A stretch of DNA of 64,000 bases, from positions 56,544,001-56,608,000 of the forward strand of contig OX597828.1 of NCBI GenBank assembly GCA_951406725.2, written 5' to 3'. The notes under the pieces were generated by a model, which saw only the letters and a list, made by a program, of their open reading frames with translations, made no database searches and had not been told where the DNA came from. Shown here one piece after another: positions 11,676-27,850 of the stretch (position 1 is the first letter of the stretch; each line of letters opens with the position of its first letter). Position numbers and translations under genes: made by a program. The stretch comes from Octopus vulgaris (Eukaryota).

Positions 11676-12154
11676 GACCCCCCCCCACACACACAGACAC
11701 ATACAAACATACTCAAACACACGCATGTATAAAGTAAACTACAGAAAGATATGATACGTTGTTCTGTCTAGCATATCATTGTGTGCAGAACAAAAGTCTT
11801 TTTAGCTGAAATATACTTCCTCCTATCAGCAGAAGTGAACAGATTTAAACCGAAAAATATTTCGAAAAGATTTTTTTAATAAATTAAGATCTCCCTTGCA
11901 ACTTATTATCAATAAAAAAAAAATAGCATGGTGCGCATTGTATATGATACATAAAGCATGTTTTTCTCGAAACAAATTGAGATATTCAGATACACACTGC
12001 CAGCTCACGATAGAAATAAGCCTTTAAAACCTACATCACACAGAGAACACAGCCACCCGCTCTATGAACATTGCGATCTTTGCCTCTTAGTAAAACGCTG
12101 TATCCTTGAACAATTTACAATAAATATTCAGAATTAGATAATTGCCTAGAGAAT

Positions 12155-12345
12155 TCTTTTATTCTTTTACTCTTTCCCTTGTGTCAGTCATTTTGACTGT
12201 GGCCGTGCTTGATCACCATCTTTTAGACAAGGAAATCGACCTCCGGACTTATTTTCTTGGAAGCCTGGCACTTATAATATCGTTTATTTTGCCGAACCGC
12301 TAAGCTACGGGGACGTAAACACACCAACAACTGTTGTCAAGCGGA
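12155..12345 (-). mobile_element. SINE family C tail
   Basis: tcagtcattttgactgtggcc...gccgaaccgctaagctacggggacgtaaacacacc. Confidence 0.75.
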
Positions 12346-12446
12346 GGTGGAGGAGACAAACACAAGCAGAAGCACACGAATATATATATATAAGTGTGTG
12401 TGTGTGTGTGTGTGTGTAATGTATGTATGTATATATATTTATATAT

Positions 12447-12480
<34 letters not shown>

Positions 12481-12487
12481 AATTTAT

Positions 12488-12637
12488 ATATAGAGGGCAT
12501 TATATACATGCCAGAAGGCATTATACATACGTGCCAAACGCTAAGAGGGACAATTAGTCATTTCTACCAAAAATATTACTAATCCAACCTGACAATTCCT
12601 TGTTAAGTTTTCCTTATTAAGTAGTTGTCCTTAATTG

Positions 12638-12673
<36 letters not shown>

Positions 12674-12713
12674 GACAATTTCTTGTTAAGTTTTCCTTAT
12701 TAAGTAGTTGTCC

Positions 12714-12719
<6 letters not shown>
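12488..12719. mobile_element. diverged, deleted relative of the 40.3-41.1 kb HHR element (forward piece joined to inverted piece)
   Basis: agagggcattat...agggacaattagtcatttctaccaaaa matches 40299-40360. cctgacaatttcttgttaagttttccttattaag matches 41021-41068 and is itself duplicated (12588 and 12671). Confidence 0.7.
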
Positions 12720-12759
<40 letters not shown>

Positions 12760-12762
<3 letters not shown>

Positions 12763-12917
12763 CGACAGGCTTCTTCTAGGTTCCGTCTACCAAATCCACT
12801 CACAAGGCTTCGATCGGTCAGCCCGAGTCTATGACAGAAGACACTTGACGAAAGTGCCATGCAGTGGAACCGAATCTGGAACCATGTTGGGAAGCAGACT
12901 GCATACCACACAACCAC
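12760..12917 (-). mobile_element. SINE family B
   Basis: ttccgtctaccaaatccactcacaaggctt...gaagacacttg...ggaaccatg. Confidence 0.8.
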
Positions 12918-13164
12918 ATTTATTTAGGAATACACCTCCATAAGCTTCTTACAATAGTCTTTCGTTTGCTTTACAGTATATAGTGGGATTGTCTTAATCT
13001 ACAAAGTGGTGATTTATTTATATATATTGCTGATAGTGCGTGAGTTGAAAACTTAACACAAATTCTAGGTAACTGTACTTCACTTATTTAAAACTCGGAC
13101 AATTTAAATAGATGTGAATACGTTATTTTATTCAATTGGTGACCATTAGATGCACATGCGCGAG

Positions 13165-13555
13165 CGTCCCCAAAAGTCCATCCCCTCCTCACCGTGGTGG
13201 GGACGCTGGCAACGGTTTGTGTCAGAGCTATGCTATCGGGGACTTCGGTTCCTGGTAGGGCCACTCAAGGCAGATTGGTCTGACACCGAGTGGTATTAGG
13301 GCCACAACCCGGCAGACGGGGCTCTGGTGAAAATCCTCGGAGTGTCTGTTTCGGCAACCGGCGGCTCCTCGGTCGTCCTGTCCCTGCATCTACGGACAAT
13401 CTGCGGCAGACAGGATGTCTCTACATGCGGGATTGTTAGGGACCGCTTGTGAAATTCATATTCCCATGACACCTCTTCCACTGCCATGGTCCGAGATGCC
13501 TCGAGGGTGGTAGAAGAAGCCGACTCAACCCGCCCAGGGCGAATGTCGCCACAAG
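13165..13555 (-). mobile_element. GC-rich fragment resembling an RTE-clade LINE 5' UTR
   Basis: GC island. Minus strand reads ccctaccaggaacc...ccccgatagcatagctct...ccaccacgg, a pattern I recall from RTE 5' UTRs (not verified). Confidence 0.4.
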
Positions 13556-13730
13556 TGCAAGTAAGTACATTAAATACAGGGTGTTTACCTGTCTAGTTTC
13601 GTAGTTCATCGACCCATCAAGAAAGGATAAATGTCACAGAAATATCTTAAAAGGTATTTAATCTAATGCTTCAGCCATGTATGCAGGTTAATCTACGAAA
13701 GTATACAAAATAATGCTGAATGTTGATAAA

Positions 13731-13834
13731 CACACAGACACAAATACAAACACACAGACACAAATACAAACACACAGACACAAATACAAACACACAGACA
13801 CAAATACAAACACACAGACACAAATACAAACACA
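13731..13834. repeat. 20-bp minisatellite (cacacagacacaaatacaaa)x5
   Basis: Perfect tandem copies. Confidence 0.95.
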
Positions 13835-14959
13835 CGGGTGCCGATACAGAGATTTGATTGTATACAATATGAAATTGCTGGCAGTGAAACACATAAATAT
13901 AATACGAGTATCATATTGTAATATTTTCTTTCTCCTAATATTAAAAATTACAATAATTATCAATTATAATTATATTAAATATTGCTCAAATTTTGCAGAT
14001 ACAAGATGAATTAAGCAGCATAGAATCGAAAAACTGCACATATGTCTGAAAATTATGATACATGAACTTAATAGAAACATTACTATCATGATGATACATT
14101 CTTCAAAGAAATAGCAAATTCCAACTTGTTTCACAGCGTAAAGTAATAAAATTCTGCAGATCGGAATTAAATGTACCTTTTACAATCTCGTATTTCCTCT
14201 TTTAAAACCACCCGATATAGTATAACATTAGCTGCACTTTACTTTAAAGCACCGATGGCACATAAATAATCTACTAATTCATTTACAACGATACACCAAA
14301 GGGATTTATTCCATCATATAATGGAACTTTTCTTTTCTGCTTTGTAAGTAAATTTGTATAACTACGTGTATGTATACATCTACATGTGGATGAATACATA
14401 GAGATACCAACTTGTACAAATACACACACACACACAAACTCACACACACACGCAAACACACACACAAACACACACGCACACACACGCTCTCTCTTTCTCC
14501 CTCTCTCACACACAATCACATCAATGCGCATGATTTATGTGGATTTGTGTGTCCGTTTGTGTGTGCGGGATTGTATTAATTTCATTACCGGTTAAAGGAA
14601 AACTGGAAAGAAAATATATGTTTATATTTCTAAACAATACCAATCGGGTTAATGCAATGAACGTCCATATAAAGGGGAAATAAAGTGTACTTATTGCATT
14701 TTGTTTCCAAAGAGATTTCCTCAGAGACACTGCAAAGTAGAAAAATCTTATTACGCATTTAAACTCAGATCCGATCTCAAATCCATTTTTGTATATATTT
14801 TTCAATGACATTTTGCATTTTGTTCAGTAGTTGGCTTCCTACATTTACGATATCGTCTCTTAAATTCCAGTCCGCTACAAATCGGTTTTGCTTACGCTAC
14901 TTTCACATTCATTTATGGCTACGCCACTTTGCTTTAATTCCGTATCTTCCACACAAGCT

Positions 14960-15255
14960 ACATGGATTGAAAGAAAGATGAGAGAGTTAGTGACTGGGTG
15001 ACCCGGGGGCCCGTAAACTGATGCACATCACATGAGTTGTGTGTTGGGCTCGTAACGTCATACTGTAAAAACATTCATATGCTACAGAGACAACGGTGAT
15101 GAAGCAAGGTATTATTGGTGGACATAGAAGTGAAGGCATGCCATCTCAGGTGGGACATGTAACTGATGCGGGCAAAGTGGAAAGGAAGCCGGGATCATGG
15201 AAAAGAAATACGAGATGGAATGTACGGACATTGTACCAAATCGGAAAGCTGAGTT
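14960..15255 (+). pseudogene. RTE LINE relic: 5' region and endonuclease start
   Basis: tggaatgtacggacattgtaccaaatcggaaagctg = WNVRTLYQIGKL. Confidence 0.6.
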
Positions 15256-15289
15256 AAATGATTCTACAAATGCAAAACTACCATCTATA

Positions 15290-16015
15290 TATTTTTGGCA
15301 TTTGCGAAATGTGTTGAAAGATAAAGCTTCTATTACATTCGATTAATCCTTTAGTTCTGGAACGGAAGACCAAGTATATGTATGCCATTGGTATTATTTT
15401 GAGCAGAGAGGCGAGACTAAAATTGAAAATAAAGGAACAGATTATGACAGCCTGCTTGCAAACAGACACGGGAAAGTTATTATAGTTTAAGTGTATGGAG
15501 CAACAGGAACTGAAGTTGCAGGGTAAGATAAGTAAGATAGCAATTATGACCTCCTCCAGTCTATGCTTCACGAAATAGCGAATTAGGACCTTTAGCCCAT
15601 CATTGATGACTTCTGTGCGTAACTGGATTCTATGAAGCAGTGTATAGAGAGTGATTTAGGACCTTGTGGCTATAAGAATGAGACAGTTGAGAAAAATGCA
15701 GTCGCTGATTGGCAACACAGAAATCATTGTTGGGAAAATCTATCATGTCAAGAATATTAACCAGGTAACGTAGGTCTCCCCTGATGGGTAAACTAGATAC
15801 AAGATATACCACATCTGCATAAGCTGAAGACGGGCCAAAAGGTTAGATATCGGATTGGAGTACGATATTGTTGAAAATGTCCTATTAAATTTGAACAGAA
15901 CCAAATCTCTCAAGAAAAACAAGCCGTTTGAAGTGGCAAAGTTTAAAGACAGCAGCGCTGCTAAATCGAAGTAGGCAACAGATTTGAAGTACATCGTCAC
16001 AGTAGCGACTTTGAG
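15290..16015 (-). pseudogene. old non-LTR RT C-terminal relic (L2/Crack-like?), nested in the RTE relic
   Basis: Minus-strand remnants RYCDDVLQ (YADD-like), NFATSNGL, LRYLVNILD (YLG-like), across frameshifts. Confidence 0.4.
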
Positions 16016-16049
16016 GTGTAGTGGAAGTTGATTCTATAGACTGTAAGCG

Positions 16050-16570
16050 AAAGTGCAAGTGTCACTTTGAACAGGTGAATGGGTTCCAATAATGAGAGAT
16101 GCATAAAATCAGAGAATTGGACTTGTATCGCCGAAAAGAGCAGGACAAATGAAGGCAGGATCAAGAAAGTCTAGCCGGTCAGTTCAACCTCTGCGATGAT
16201 GACTAATGGAGATTAGACCAGGCTGTGAAGAAAATGTACTGAAGAAATAAGCAGTAGTGGTTAGAAAAGAGAGTATGGAAACTCAAGAAGCTACAGACAA
16301 AAACGAATCAAGAACTCTATACATGATCGTGTGCAACGGAGGGGAAATGAGTAAGAGCTGGAAACGGCAATTTCGTGAAGTTGTCTGTCGGTCGATCCCA
16401 GCAGTAGGCTTTAAAATAGGCAACGAACAATCATAATTGAACTGAACATTAACACAGTAGAAATAGACAAGACATTCCGCAGTTTGCAGAGCAACAAATC
16501 AGCCGGCATGCATGAGATACCTGCGGAGGTGTTGAAGCATGGTGGCGAAGCAGTTGTAGGATATCTGACA
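16050..16570 (+). pseudogene. RTE LINE relic: linker before the RT domain
   Basis: EIDKTFRSLQSNKSAGMHEIPAEVLKHGGEAVV, typical of the RTE K.AG.D.IPAE.LK.GG motif. Confidence 0.7.
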
Positions 16571-18266
16571 CACGCACGCGCACACACACCACACACATAT
16601 ACACACACACAAACACACAAACGCACAAACAGATATAGCCAGTGATAAAATATTCGATTCCGTTCCACCTGATGGCTCTTGTATCACTGTGTTTTGAACT
16701 GACATTGTGTCTGAAATGATTTATTACCTTTCGTTTTTTCCTAGGAATTTATATAAATACATTGGTGTAAAAATTCGCACATAAACATTAGTATAGAGAA
16801 AATCCTGCCAACAACTTAATATTTGTATAAAAGCATATCATATAGTATGACATACGTATGTATGTGACTGCGCGTAAGCAGATATGTATGCATATGTGCG
16901 TGTGTGTGCTTCTGCACCTGTGTGCCTCTATGTATGTCTGTGTTTCAGATAGAAATAAACAAGACAAAAATGTGTACGCATTTATTGTTTTGTTGAAATT
17001 ACGCTCTGTAAACTTCTCAGAATTTTGTGAAAGGAAGGAACTTTTTTTAACAAATGATTCCTGATATACAATGTGGGATATTTCAACATCATATTGTACA
17101 AGGGAAATCAAGGAATTACTATATAAAAGAAAGACAGGCAATGGAAAAATGTGCTGATGCAAGTAAAAAACGAAACTAGAATACACACGCACACACACAT
17201 AACACACAACTATAGATATATGAAATCTACTAAATAAAACAGTGTATGTAAGCGTGAGGTATTTGTGTGTAGGTAGCTATCTAACCATGTACGTATCTAT
17301 TTATCTATATATCAATACATATGTGTGTAGTTATGAATTTATAGACATACATATATATATACACTCGTGCGAAAGCATACGTGAAAAAAGAGAGCGTAAA
17401 ATTTCGGCACATATACGAACATTTCACAGACAACAGATAATATTATAGACATTATAAAAGATAATCTTCTTATTATTTTGCAGTCAGCATCAAGCATTGA
17501 CACCATATGTTCCATTACAAATTTTACGTAATCGCTTTCTTTGTGTTTGTGTTTACATACTTATTTGTTTATCTAAATGTTTGTAATTGGACATTTCGTT
17601 TAAAATCTGTCAATGTTTACTTTAATGCAGCTATGGATCTACGCTTCTGTATTTATAAATTGCTCCATTCACAATTACATATAGGCTCATGCAATTATGA
17701 TTGCATAATATGAATATAGTAAGTTTAATTTGAATTATTTAATTATGCATTTCATTTCAGGCAGAAAATGAACCATTTTAATAAGCAATTAAGAAACAAG
17801 TGTAAGATACATAATACATAGTGAATCTATCATGTATTGTCCCTTTAGTAAAGTGTGTATTAATAGGAAAGGCAGTATTGCTATATGCTTTAAATTTTTT
17901 ATCTGAATTCCAGTATTGCAATAAACTTTTACTTTTACGATACACCGAATTCCCTACATAAACGAGTGTAGAGGTCAAAACATTGCAACCCTGCTACGCA
18001 TGACGGAGAACAGAGACCAGTAGTGACAGCTGACTATGAAGGCGACCAGAGTAGCACCCCAGTGGCTGCCTGCATCACTTAGAGAATTTTGATGACGATG
18101 GTGTATATAATTATATATGTACATTACGCATATACACGTAGACATATCATATATAGGGATGCATACATATCGTAAATATATAATATAAAGTATATATATG
18201 TGTGTGTACATACGTATACACACACGCGCACACACACACACATACATACATACATACATACATACA

Positions 18267-18338
<72 letters not shown>

Positions 18339-19348
18339 TGTTGCTATTATAAGATGGCTGTGGGACACGAACAAGCACCTCTCAAATGAAAATATCTGTG
18401 AACTTAAACGCTAAATATACAGCTCACAGCTTTTCCCGTCATATAAGAGTAAAATACCGAATTTTCTGCTGTTTTTACGGTTATACGGAGTTCAAAATAT
18501 TACTTTCTTGTCTGTATGATACGAGGCATATTTGACGCTTCCAGAGACAAAACGAAAAACTTTGCATATGTTGTTACATTTCAAAAGAAGCTATGTAATT
18601 AGCGTTTAATTTACCGGAGATTTTTCGCCAGCTGGACTGGGATTTACACTTACCTAGCATGGACTGCTGGACACATTTTATGAAAATGAGACTACCATGC
18701 ACACATAAAAGACAAAAGATACTTTAAATATCTTATTATTATTTAATAATGGCAACTTTTACGTCATCTGAAAAGTCATTTGTTGAACTTGCATTAGTCA
18801 TCTCGTATTCTGGGTTGGGATGTCAGAGCGTTTGAGTGACATTAGACCCCAACAAGAGGCCATAAGTTAAGTGCATCTATCTAGGCTACGATTGTGGCCT
18901 GTCGACCTGTGCCTGATGCCCACGATCATGGCCCGTTGCGCTTTATGTGTTAATGGTAGAGTACTCAGCTGGTATCTAAGAGGTGAGTATGTCGAATCCC
19001 GCGGCTGTCAACTGGCAACATTTACCGTCAAATAGCGGTAAATACACAATCTTTCTGCTGTTTTCACGGCTTCCTCACTGTGGTATCTTCCGTCGTTAGA
19101 AGACGTATAAGTGTTTGACAATTTCGATCTTACGGATTTGTGTGCCAATCTAACTTGTCTGCCCTTGTTTAGGACGAATGTTGCTGTAATTTAGGAACAT
19201 TCGTCCTAAAGCAATAAACCTAAACCATTCGTCTTAAACCAATGAATTATATACATATATTATATATTGTGAAATTTGATTTAGAATTGCTAAATTGAAT
19301 TTTTCCTTGTAAGTTTGGAATTTATATTCCTTATAATTATTATTATAA

Positions 19349-20250
19349 TTTTTTTTTCTTCTTTCAAATTTGCTTCCATTTCTTGCCGTGTGTCTTCCCG
19401 GCTCCTAGGGCAGAGAAACTCATAGTATACATTGGTAGGCCATAAAAATAAATTCAATAATTCGTTCATTTTTTTTTAAAGTTAAATTGAAATACATGGG
19501 TAGTAATAGTTCTCACATCGACAATGCTCTTCTCAATACGTGTGATGTACCAGTTAAGACAATCTTTTGCACTTCTTGCAGGGATGGTAAGCCAGGGATC
19601 ATTCTCATATAATTTTCGGTTCCCTTCTTGATCATTCCTAGTGCTCCTACGATCACTGGTATTGTAACCGCCTTGAGATGCCACATTTTCTTAATTTCAA
19701 TGAGTAGGTCTTTATATTTTCTGAGCTTGTCAAACTCTTTCGCTGAGATATTATGATCACAGGGGATGCTCATGTCGATCAATAAGCAAACGTTATTGTT
19801 TTGGTCTTTCACAACAATATCTGGTTTATTGGCCTTGATGGTTTGGTCTGTATGTACTGGAAAGTCCCACAGAATCGTTACATTTTCTCCTTCAGTTACA
19901 GCCTCAGGGTGGTGATTATACCACTTGTCGGCAGTTTTCATATTGTAATGCCGACTTATTAGCCAGTGTAGATATTGGCCAACTCTGTCATGTCTTAATT
20001 TATACTCCACTGGGGCTAAGACTTTAAATCCAGAGATTAGGTAGTCCACTGTTTCGATCATGTCATTGCAGAATCAGCATTTTGGGTCTGCTCCATTTTT
20101 CATCACATTGGCCTGGTAGTTTCGGGTTAATAGGCTTTGATCTTGAGCAGCCAGGATGAAACCTTCGCTCTCTGCTTTTAGCCCTGAGCTCCGTAGTCAC
20201 TGATGGGTTTGCTTCTGGTCAACATCAGCTTGTTTGCTGCGGGCAAATAT
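19349..20250 (-). mobile_element. R4/Dong-type non-LTR retrotransposon, 3' fragment, copy 1 (CCHC remnant + restriction-like endonuclease)
   Basis: SEGFILAAQDQ, DPKC*FC...ETVDYLISG, YKLRHDRV, ILWDFPV, ANKPDIVV...LIDMSIP, KLRKYKDL, VIVGALG; 3' UTR ends at a TAA run. Confidence 0.88.
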
Positions 20251-20264
20251 TGTTATTATTATTG

Positions 20265-20314
<50 letters not shown>

Positions 20315-20369
20315 GTCATTATTATTATTATTGTCATTATTATTATTATTATTATTGTTATTATTATTA

Positions 20370-20466
<97 letters not shown>
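20251..20466. repeat. (TTA/TAA)n array
   Basis: Seen directly. Confidence 0.97.
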
Positions 20467-21463
<997 letters not shown>

Positions 21464-21770
21464 AATATTAGTATTATATATACACATTCACGCACACACA
21501 CATATATATATATTAATAATATATATGATTATATACATATATAGTTATAATATATGTATATATGCATATATATATATTTGTAATATATATATATGTATAT
21601 AAATATATATATATATTATATATACACACACACACATATATATATATATGTATGTATGTATGTATATATAATCAAGCATAAAAAATATATATGATTTTAT
21701 GAAGTAGCTAGCACGTGATAAACCGTCTAGGTAAAAATTAATACACAAAGTATATAATTTATATATATAC

Positions 21771-21837
<67 letters not shown>

Positions 21838-21945
21838 ATGCATGAATACATATAGTGAGCGTGTTCGAACACACATCCAAAATGATGGAAATAAAGATTG
21901 CCTTTTGCTCTTAGTACAGCTTCTATCGCAATCAAGTATATATAT

Positions 21946-21948
<3 letters not shown>

Positions 21949-22021
<73 letters not shown>
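21949..22021. repeat. (GATA)n microsatellite
   Basis: Seen directly. Confidence 0.97.
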
Positions 22022-22936
22022 TGTGATGGGTGAAAGCACTTGCCGATCTTTATAGTACTACCTTTACTCTTGATACTTAGTCACTCTGAAATGTCAGACT
22101 TTACTGCTAAAGTAAGTCCTGAATGAAGTCTACAATATAACTACCTGCCTAGAGCTTTGAACTAAGCTTCAATTAAATGTCAAAGGTCAACCATGAGTTT
22201 TAATGAAGTAAGTCGTACCAGAACCGTTGTATGGATGTCAATTTGTTTCATTATATTTAAATTCAGTTCATTGTTTATAGTGATGAATAAACAGTATCAG
22301 AACGCTTGAGATATTTGTATCCCACTGCGACTATGATAAATTTCCTAAGCAAAAGATGTTTATAATATAGATATCCTTGTTCACTATAATTACTATAAAT
22401 CGTTTATATTGGAATATTGAAATGTCCATTCTGTACATGTGCTGAATTTGAATCATATCCGGACAATATTATCAGAGAATAAGAAATGTGTATTCCATAT
22501 GCATAATGCCAAGAAGAATGTGATGATCATTTGTCAAATGCACCATGCACTGTATCTAAGTTCAAGTTAATGCACCAAGAATTATCAGTTAGGAACAGTA
22601 CCGATATCTGCTACAGCGAGATATATAATGAATTTGATTAAAGCCAATATATTATTGACGTTTCTCAAGGCTGTAATGATAAAATCCGTTGGACTGAAGC
22701 ACTTGTGATATTCATGTTATCTGATTGCATTGGGAATAGAATTCCAGCTGACGCCAAAGGAGTTTCCATAATTTCTGACTGATAGACGACGGAAGAGCGA
22801 CGTAACGTGATGTATTCAACAACGTGGTTCCTTAAAGATATGACGTAATGCATTTGTTGTTGTTTAATACATAATTCAATCCATGTTGTGCTGACTTATA
22901 TTCACAGGTACACACAGACACACATACACACACACA

Positions 22937-23004
<68 letters not shown>

Positions 23005-23403
23005 CATACACGCATATATCTGTATGTACATATTTTGCAAGATTTATTGTATACCTACAATATATATGCTTCTCTTTATATGTGCTTCTCTTTTTATACG
23101 CTTCTCTGTTAAATTAGATATTGTTATATTTAGGGATGGTGATTTATTTATGTTTATATTTTTTCTGCCAAATAAATACACATACCATATATTCGACCTT
23201 TAATGTAGCTTTATAATTTTTGTTATATTTAATAATAATAAAAAACTCAAGTCAACAACGAATATATAATGTGTATCACAAAAAGTGACCTTCCCAAAAT
23301 ATAGCAATACGTATATATACATATTTACTTACAAACACATGCACTCATGTATAAATATGTTTGTGTGTGCGTGTGTGCGCGCGAGTGTCTCTATGTTTAT
23401 CTT

Positions 23404-23452
<49 letters not shown>

Positions 23453-23455
23453 CTA

Positions 23456-23515
<60 letters not shown>

Positions 23516-25754
23516 CACACGTATACGTATTATTGGGTTCTATATTTACTAGCTGCATTAGAGATAACGTAAATTCTGTTCATGGACGTTGTTATTAGGA
23601 ATATACGAACAAAATACATTTAAGCAAAGTCTATCAAAGCCCATCTCCATATAGGTTCTTTGTATTCCTATCTACGAACAGACTGGAATGACATAGTTTG
23701 AACGAACAATCAGCCACGGTACTCTCGTTATTAAACCGACTGTCGTCGTGAATGTCCGTGGTAAAGAGTGATTATAACCGTATCTTATAAACTGACGTAT
23801 GACACTGATTTTGATTCCGCATCGTTCGCAGCATTCTGTTTGATTACAGATGCATTTCTTTTTTTTTTTCTTTTTTCACGGACAATAATACATAAAGTCT
23901 AAAAAAATCGTAAAGTTGATTAATTCGTCTTTTTCGTATATTGCAGCGATCGATGTCATGTGAGATCAATGAATGCAAAACGTAGGACGATTCGAATTGA
24001 ACTTGTATGATGTCAGAAATATAATACAACGTTGTTTGTTAGCCTGATATGATAATGTTCTTTTGAAAAATCCAGAAGCATTTCAGGAGCCTCATCCATG
24101 TTAATGTAGTTCAAAGCAATATTTTGAGGACAATTCATACAGTAACACAGATATACATACATATATAAGTAGATGCATACATATATTACACACACACTCA
24201 CACAGGCACGCACACACATACAAATTTACATAATCATATAAATATACCTATATATATACAAAACTACACATATCATATAATGTATATTTTATATGCCCTC
24301 ACCTTCTTGCTGGAACTGTATATTATGTATGTAAATATAAGTGTCCGTATGTATGCGTTTGCGAGTGTGTGTGCGTGCATATGCGTGTTCGATTGTCAGT
24401 GTGCGTGCTTACCTCTCTGTCATCGTGTGTGCATGTCTGCCTGCCTGCGTAAATCTATGAACTATATTATCCAACAATCAAAATTCTGGACGTTCTTATT
24501 TGGAATATACAAACAAATTACATTAAGATTTAAGTAAAGCCTAAGTCAATATATGTTCTTTGTATTCCCACACACGAACGGACTTGAACGACATTACGCT
24601 GCGGCGTATCACTCTAAAACTCATGTATATTCGCATGTGTCTTTACTTGAAGATGCATATAGTTATAATTGCAAATTGTCTTGTGTGCCTTCTGCTGAAC
24701 GTGCACGATCCGACATTATATTTAATAATGTATGGCAAATAATCTCTCATATATGTGCGTGTGTTTGTGTGTAAGTGTGCCTATTTCTCTCTCTCTCTCT
24801 CTCTCCCCCTCTCTCTCTCTCTCTCTCTCTCCCCCTCTCTCTCTCTCTCTGCCTATTTCTGCGTGTGTACGTGTGTGTCTGTATGTGTATGTTTGTATGT
24901 TTACACATGCTCATAATTGCATCATTTTTTTACAGCCAGAGAAACATTCGCATATTTCTTCACCAAAACTAAAGAGCATATCAGATATGATTCACTCTTA
25001 TATAAATAGCATGAGAATGGTTACACCGATTTTCACATTGTTACAACTAACAAAACACACACACACACACACAAACACACATACACACACCACATACACG
25101 CAAACACGCACATATATGCAACAATTACAAACGTTACTAGAATACTGGATATGGAAAAATACACAAATCTGGATATTAGTGCATAAAACTATAGTTATAA
25201 GGCTTATCATGCGTTAAGATTAAATCATATATACATTTCAAGTTATTTGGAAATCCTATTTTCGCCATTTTCTTTGTAAAATACATATATGAGAAACTTC
25301 TACCTTACCATATACACAAACAGGAAGAGGTAAGTATTGCATATGTGGAGTTATATCTACAACGCAAAAAGATTTGTTTCTTGAATCCGGATATACGCAT
25401 TCATTCTGAGTTCAAATCCTACCTAAATGTAAGACTCCAGCCACTTGTTTTCATAAGGATAAATATTTATATCCGAATTTGTTCTCTGGTATTTACTTCA
25501 TCAAGTCCTCTATAATAATATTTCTTCGTTTACGCTTGTGGCACTGAGAAGGACAGTGATATGTGGTTTATCAAATATAGTGAAATAAATTCTACCATAA
25601 ATTTACTTGTAAACATCGCTGTTGGAAACGATCGTGTACATGTATTAAAATTCTTTCAAACTTTAACATCTCTTCTCCATTTTTAACAAATTTGTTGTAT
25701 ATATGTATAAATTTATATATATACATATAGATGTGTGTGTGTATATATGTACAT

Positions 25755-25788
<34 letters not shown>

Positions 25789-26185
25789 TTATATGTATAT
25801 ACATACATACATACATGCTACTATTATCATTAAGGACTCTGCTATTACCATTAAGCATATTGTTATGGCAAGGAACTCCACACACGCATATACATGCGTG
25901 CATACAAGGAGGCGTAAGGCCAATTCTAAGACAACCGCAGAAACAGACAAGGGAACATGAAGAGCAGTCATCAATTCATTGAAAAAATTGCCAACAGCCA
26001 CGATAAAATTTGATTAACAAACCATGAAGCGATTGAGTGTTTAACCAGCATATCAAATAAACGATTGGTGAGTTGGTTGCTTAGATATTTGACCAATTGT
26101 CTAAAGATTAAAAAACAGGATTAAACATGAGTCGGTTATCTCAATTTATGTGTCATGACTCTCCCGAGATCCAACAATGTGTTTC

Positions 26186-26222
<37 letters not shown>

Positions 26223-26824
26223 TTAAATTTAAAATGAGGGTGAGAAATAATAATTCAGTTAACATCGATTTCACACCAGTGGTCTAGCATATAAAAAACC
26301 GAAGGTACAGTAAAATTGTATTGTATACGTATTAGAGGGAAACTACGTTATCTATTTCTAGCATAAGGGTGTCCACATTGTGGTTTCCCTCTAATATGTA
26401 TATATATATATATATATTTATTTCTATATACATATATACATATATATCTACATATGTATATATATATATATATATATAAACTGATACATAGTGGTTCTCT
26501 CACTCAATCAGACGAGATCTTTGGTTTGATGAATAGTGAGTGAACCGCAATCCATCTTTTGTGATTTGTTTAAAATTCACCTTACTCGGAAACTGCAATC
26601 AGCATTCATCCCGAGTTTAGTGAAAGCAGTATAAGTGGTGCAATCTCTACGCTTGTGGTATGGTCAATCGAGCTTTTGTGGTCGTGCACGCTACTGGAGT
26701 ATACATCTGTTTTTACTTTCGTATGTGTGTATTTGTTCTAAACTATTTTGTAAGCGATAGCAATTTCGTAGATCCGAATTTGGTGTTCGCTATTTAATGA
26801 CCTGGTTCACCTGAATCCTGGACT

Positions 26825-26860
<36 letters not shown>

Positions 26861-26864
26861 TGTG

Positions 26865-26902
<38 letters not shown>

Positions 26903-27788
26903 TATATATGTATATATATATGTATGTGTATTTGTGAGCGTCTGTCTATCTGTATGTGTGTGCATATATATACATATATATATATGTATATATATATATA
27001 AAACGTTCTGTTGCCTCGTTATATATCTGTTTATGCATGGATATAATATAATATATACGGTTCTTTCGAATCCAATAACGTATTAGATCATTAATCATAT
27101 TGGATGATGTGATATTGCATACTGCCGGGTTAAATTCACGCAATTACAACACACGGAGAGGTTATATTCCTGTACGTATGGATATATCCTGAATGAACAT
27201 ATACTTCTCTCTGTGTTATCATAGAGGGAAATATTGGCAAATGCAGTTATATCTAAAATGTCAGAAATTACACGACATGGCAATGCTTCTATTTTAAAGC
27301 GAAACGCCAGAAGATACTTTCTGACAAAATGAAAACTGCACGTAATAGTACTCGAAGATTTGATCCATTTCACTTCACACATATCAATAATATATATGAT
27401 CTTCGAAGTGCTAACTCTTACATTAAGTTCTCTATAAAAGGAACTGAAGATAATGTGCCAGTTCCCAAAAATGATTGCCATTAAAACACCAGTATTACAA
27501 TATATTCGTCGTAATTCTTTTGACAGATGAAGCTCATTATTTGATCTTTATAAATAAAAGAAAAAAACATTCTCAATTTACATAGACCTGCCTGCGAAAT
27601 TGTTGCTGGTAACCACGTAATGGCTTTACTGAGTTAATGTTCTATTAAGTTGGAAAGGCTAAATTCACGTTCTACACTATTCACACTTGAAATATCTTTC
27701 TTGTCTTGGAAGATGATGTTCACAAGTTGATGTAATTTGAGCAGATATTACGTTTATCTCTCTCCATAGTACATGGATAAAACAGATG

Positions 27789-27850
<62 letters not shown>

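Noticed and set aside
13500-13555. HDV-like ribozyme at the putative RTE 5' end
   Set aside because: I could not build P1/P2/P3 pairings by eye.
13731-13834. Regular 20-bp repeats as a CRISPR-like array
   Set aside because: No spacers; simple minisatellite in eukaryotic DNA.
25605-25645. GAAAC-gatc-GTG with palindromic stem III-like sequence
   Set aside because: No CUGANGA core and G at the cleavage position.
26492-26546. Imperfect hairpin as a possible pre-miRNA
   Set aside because: Many mismatches and no supporting evidence; it lies among repeat debris.
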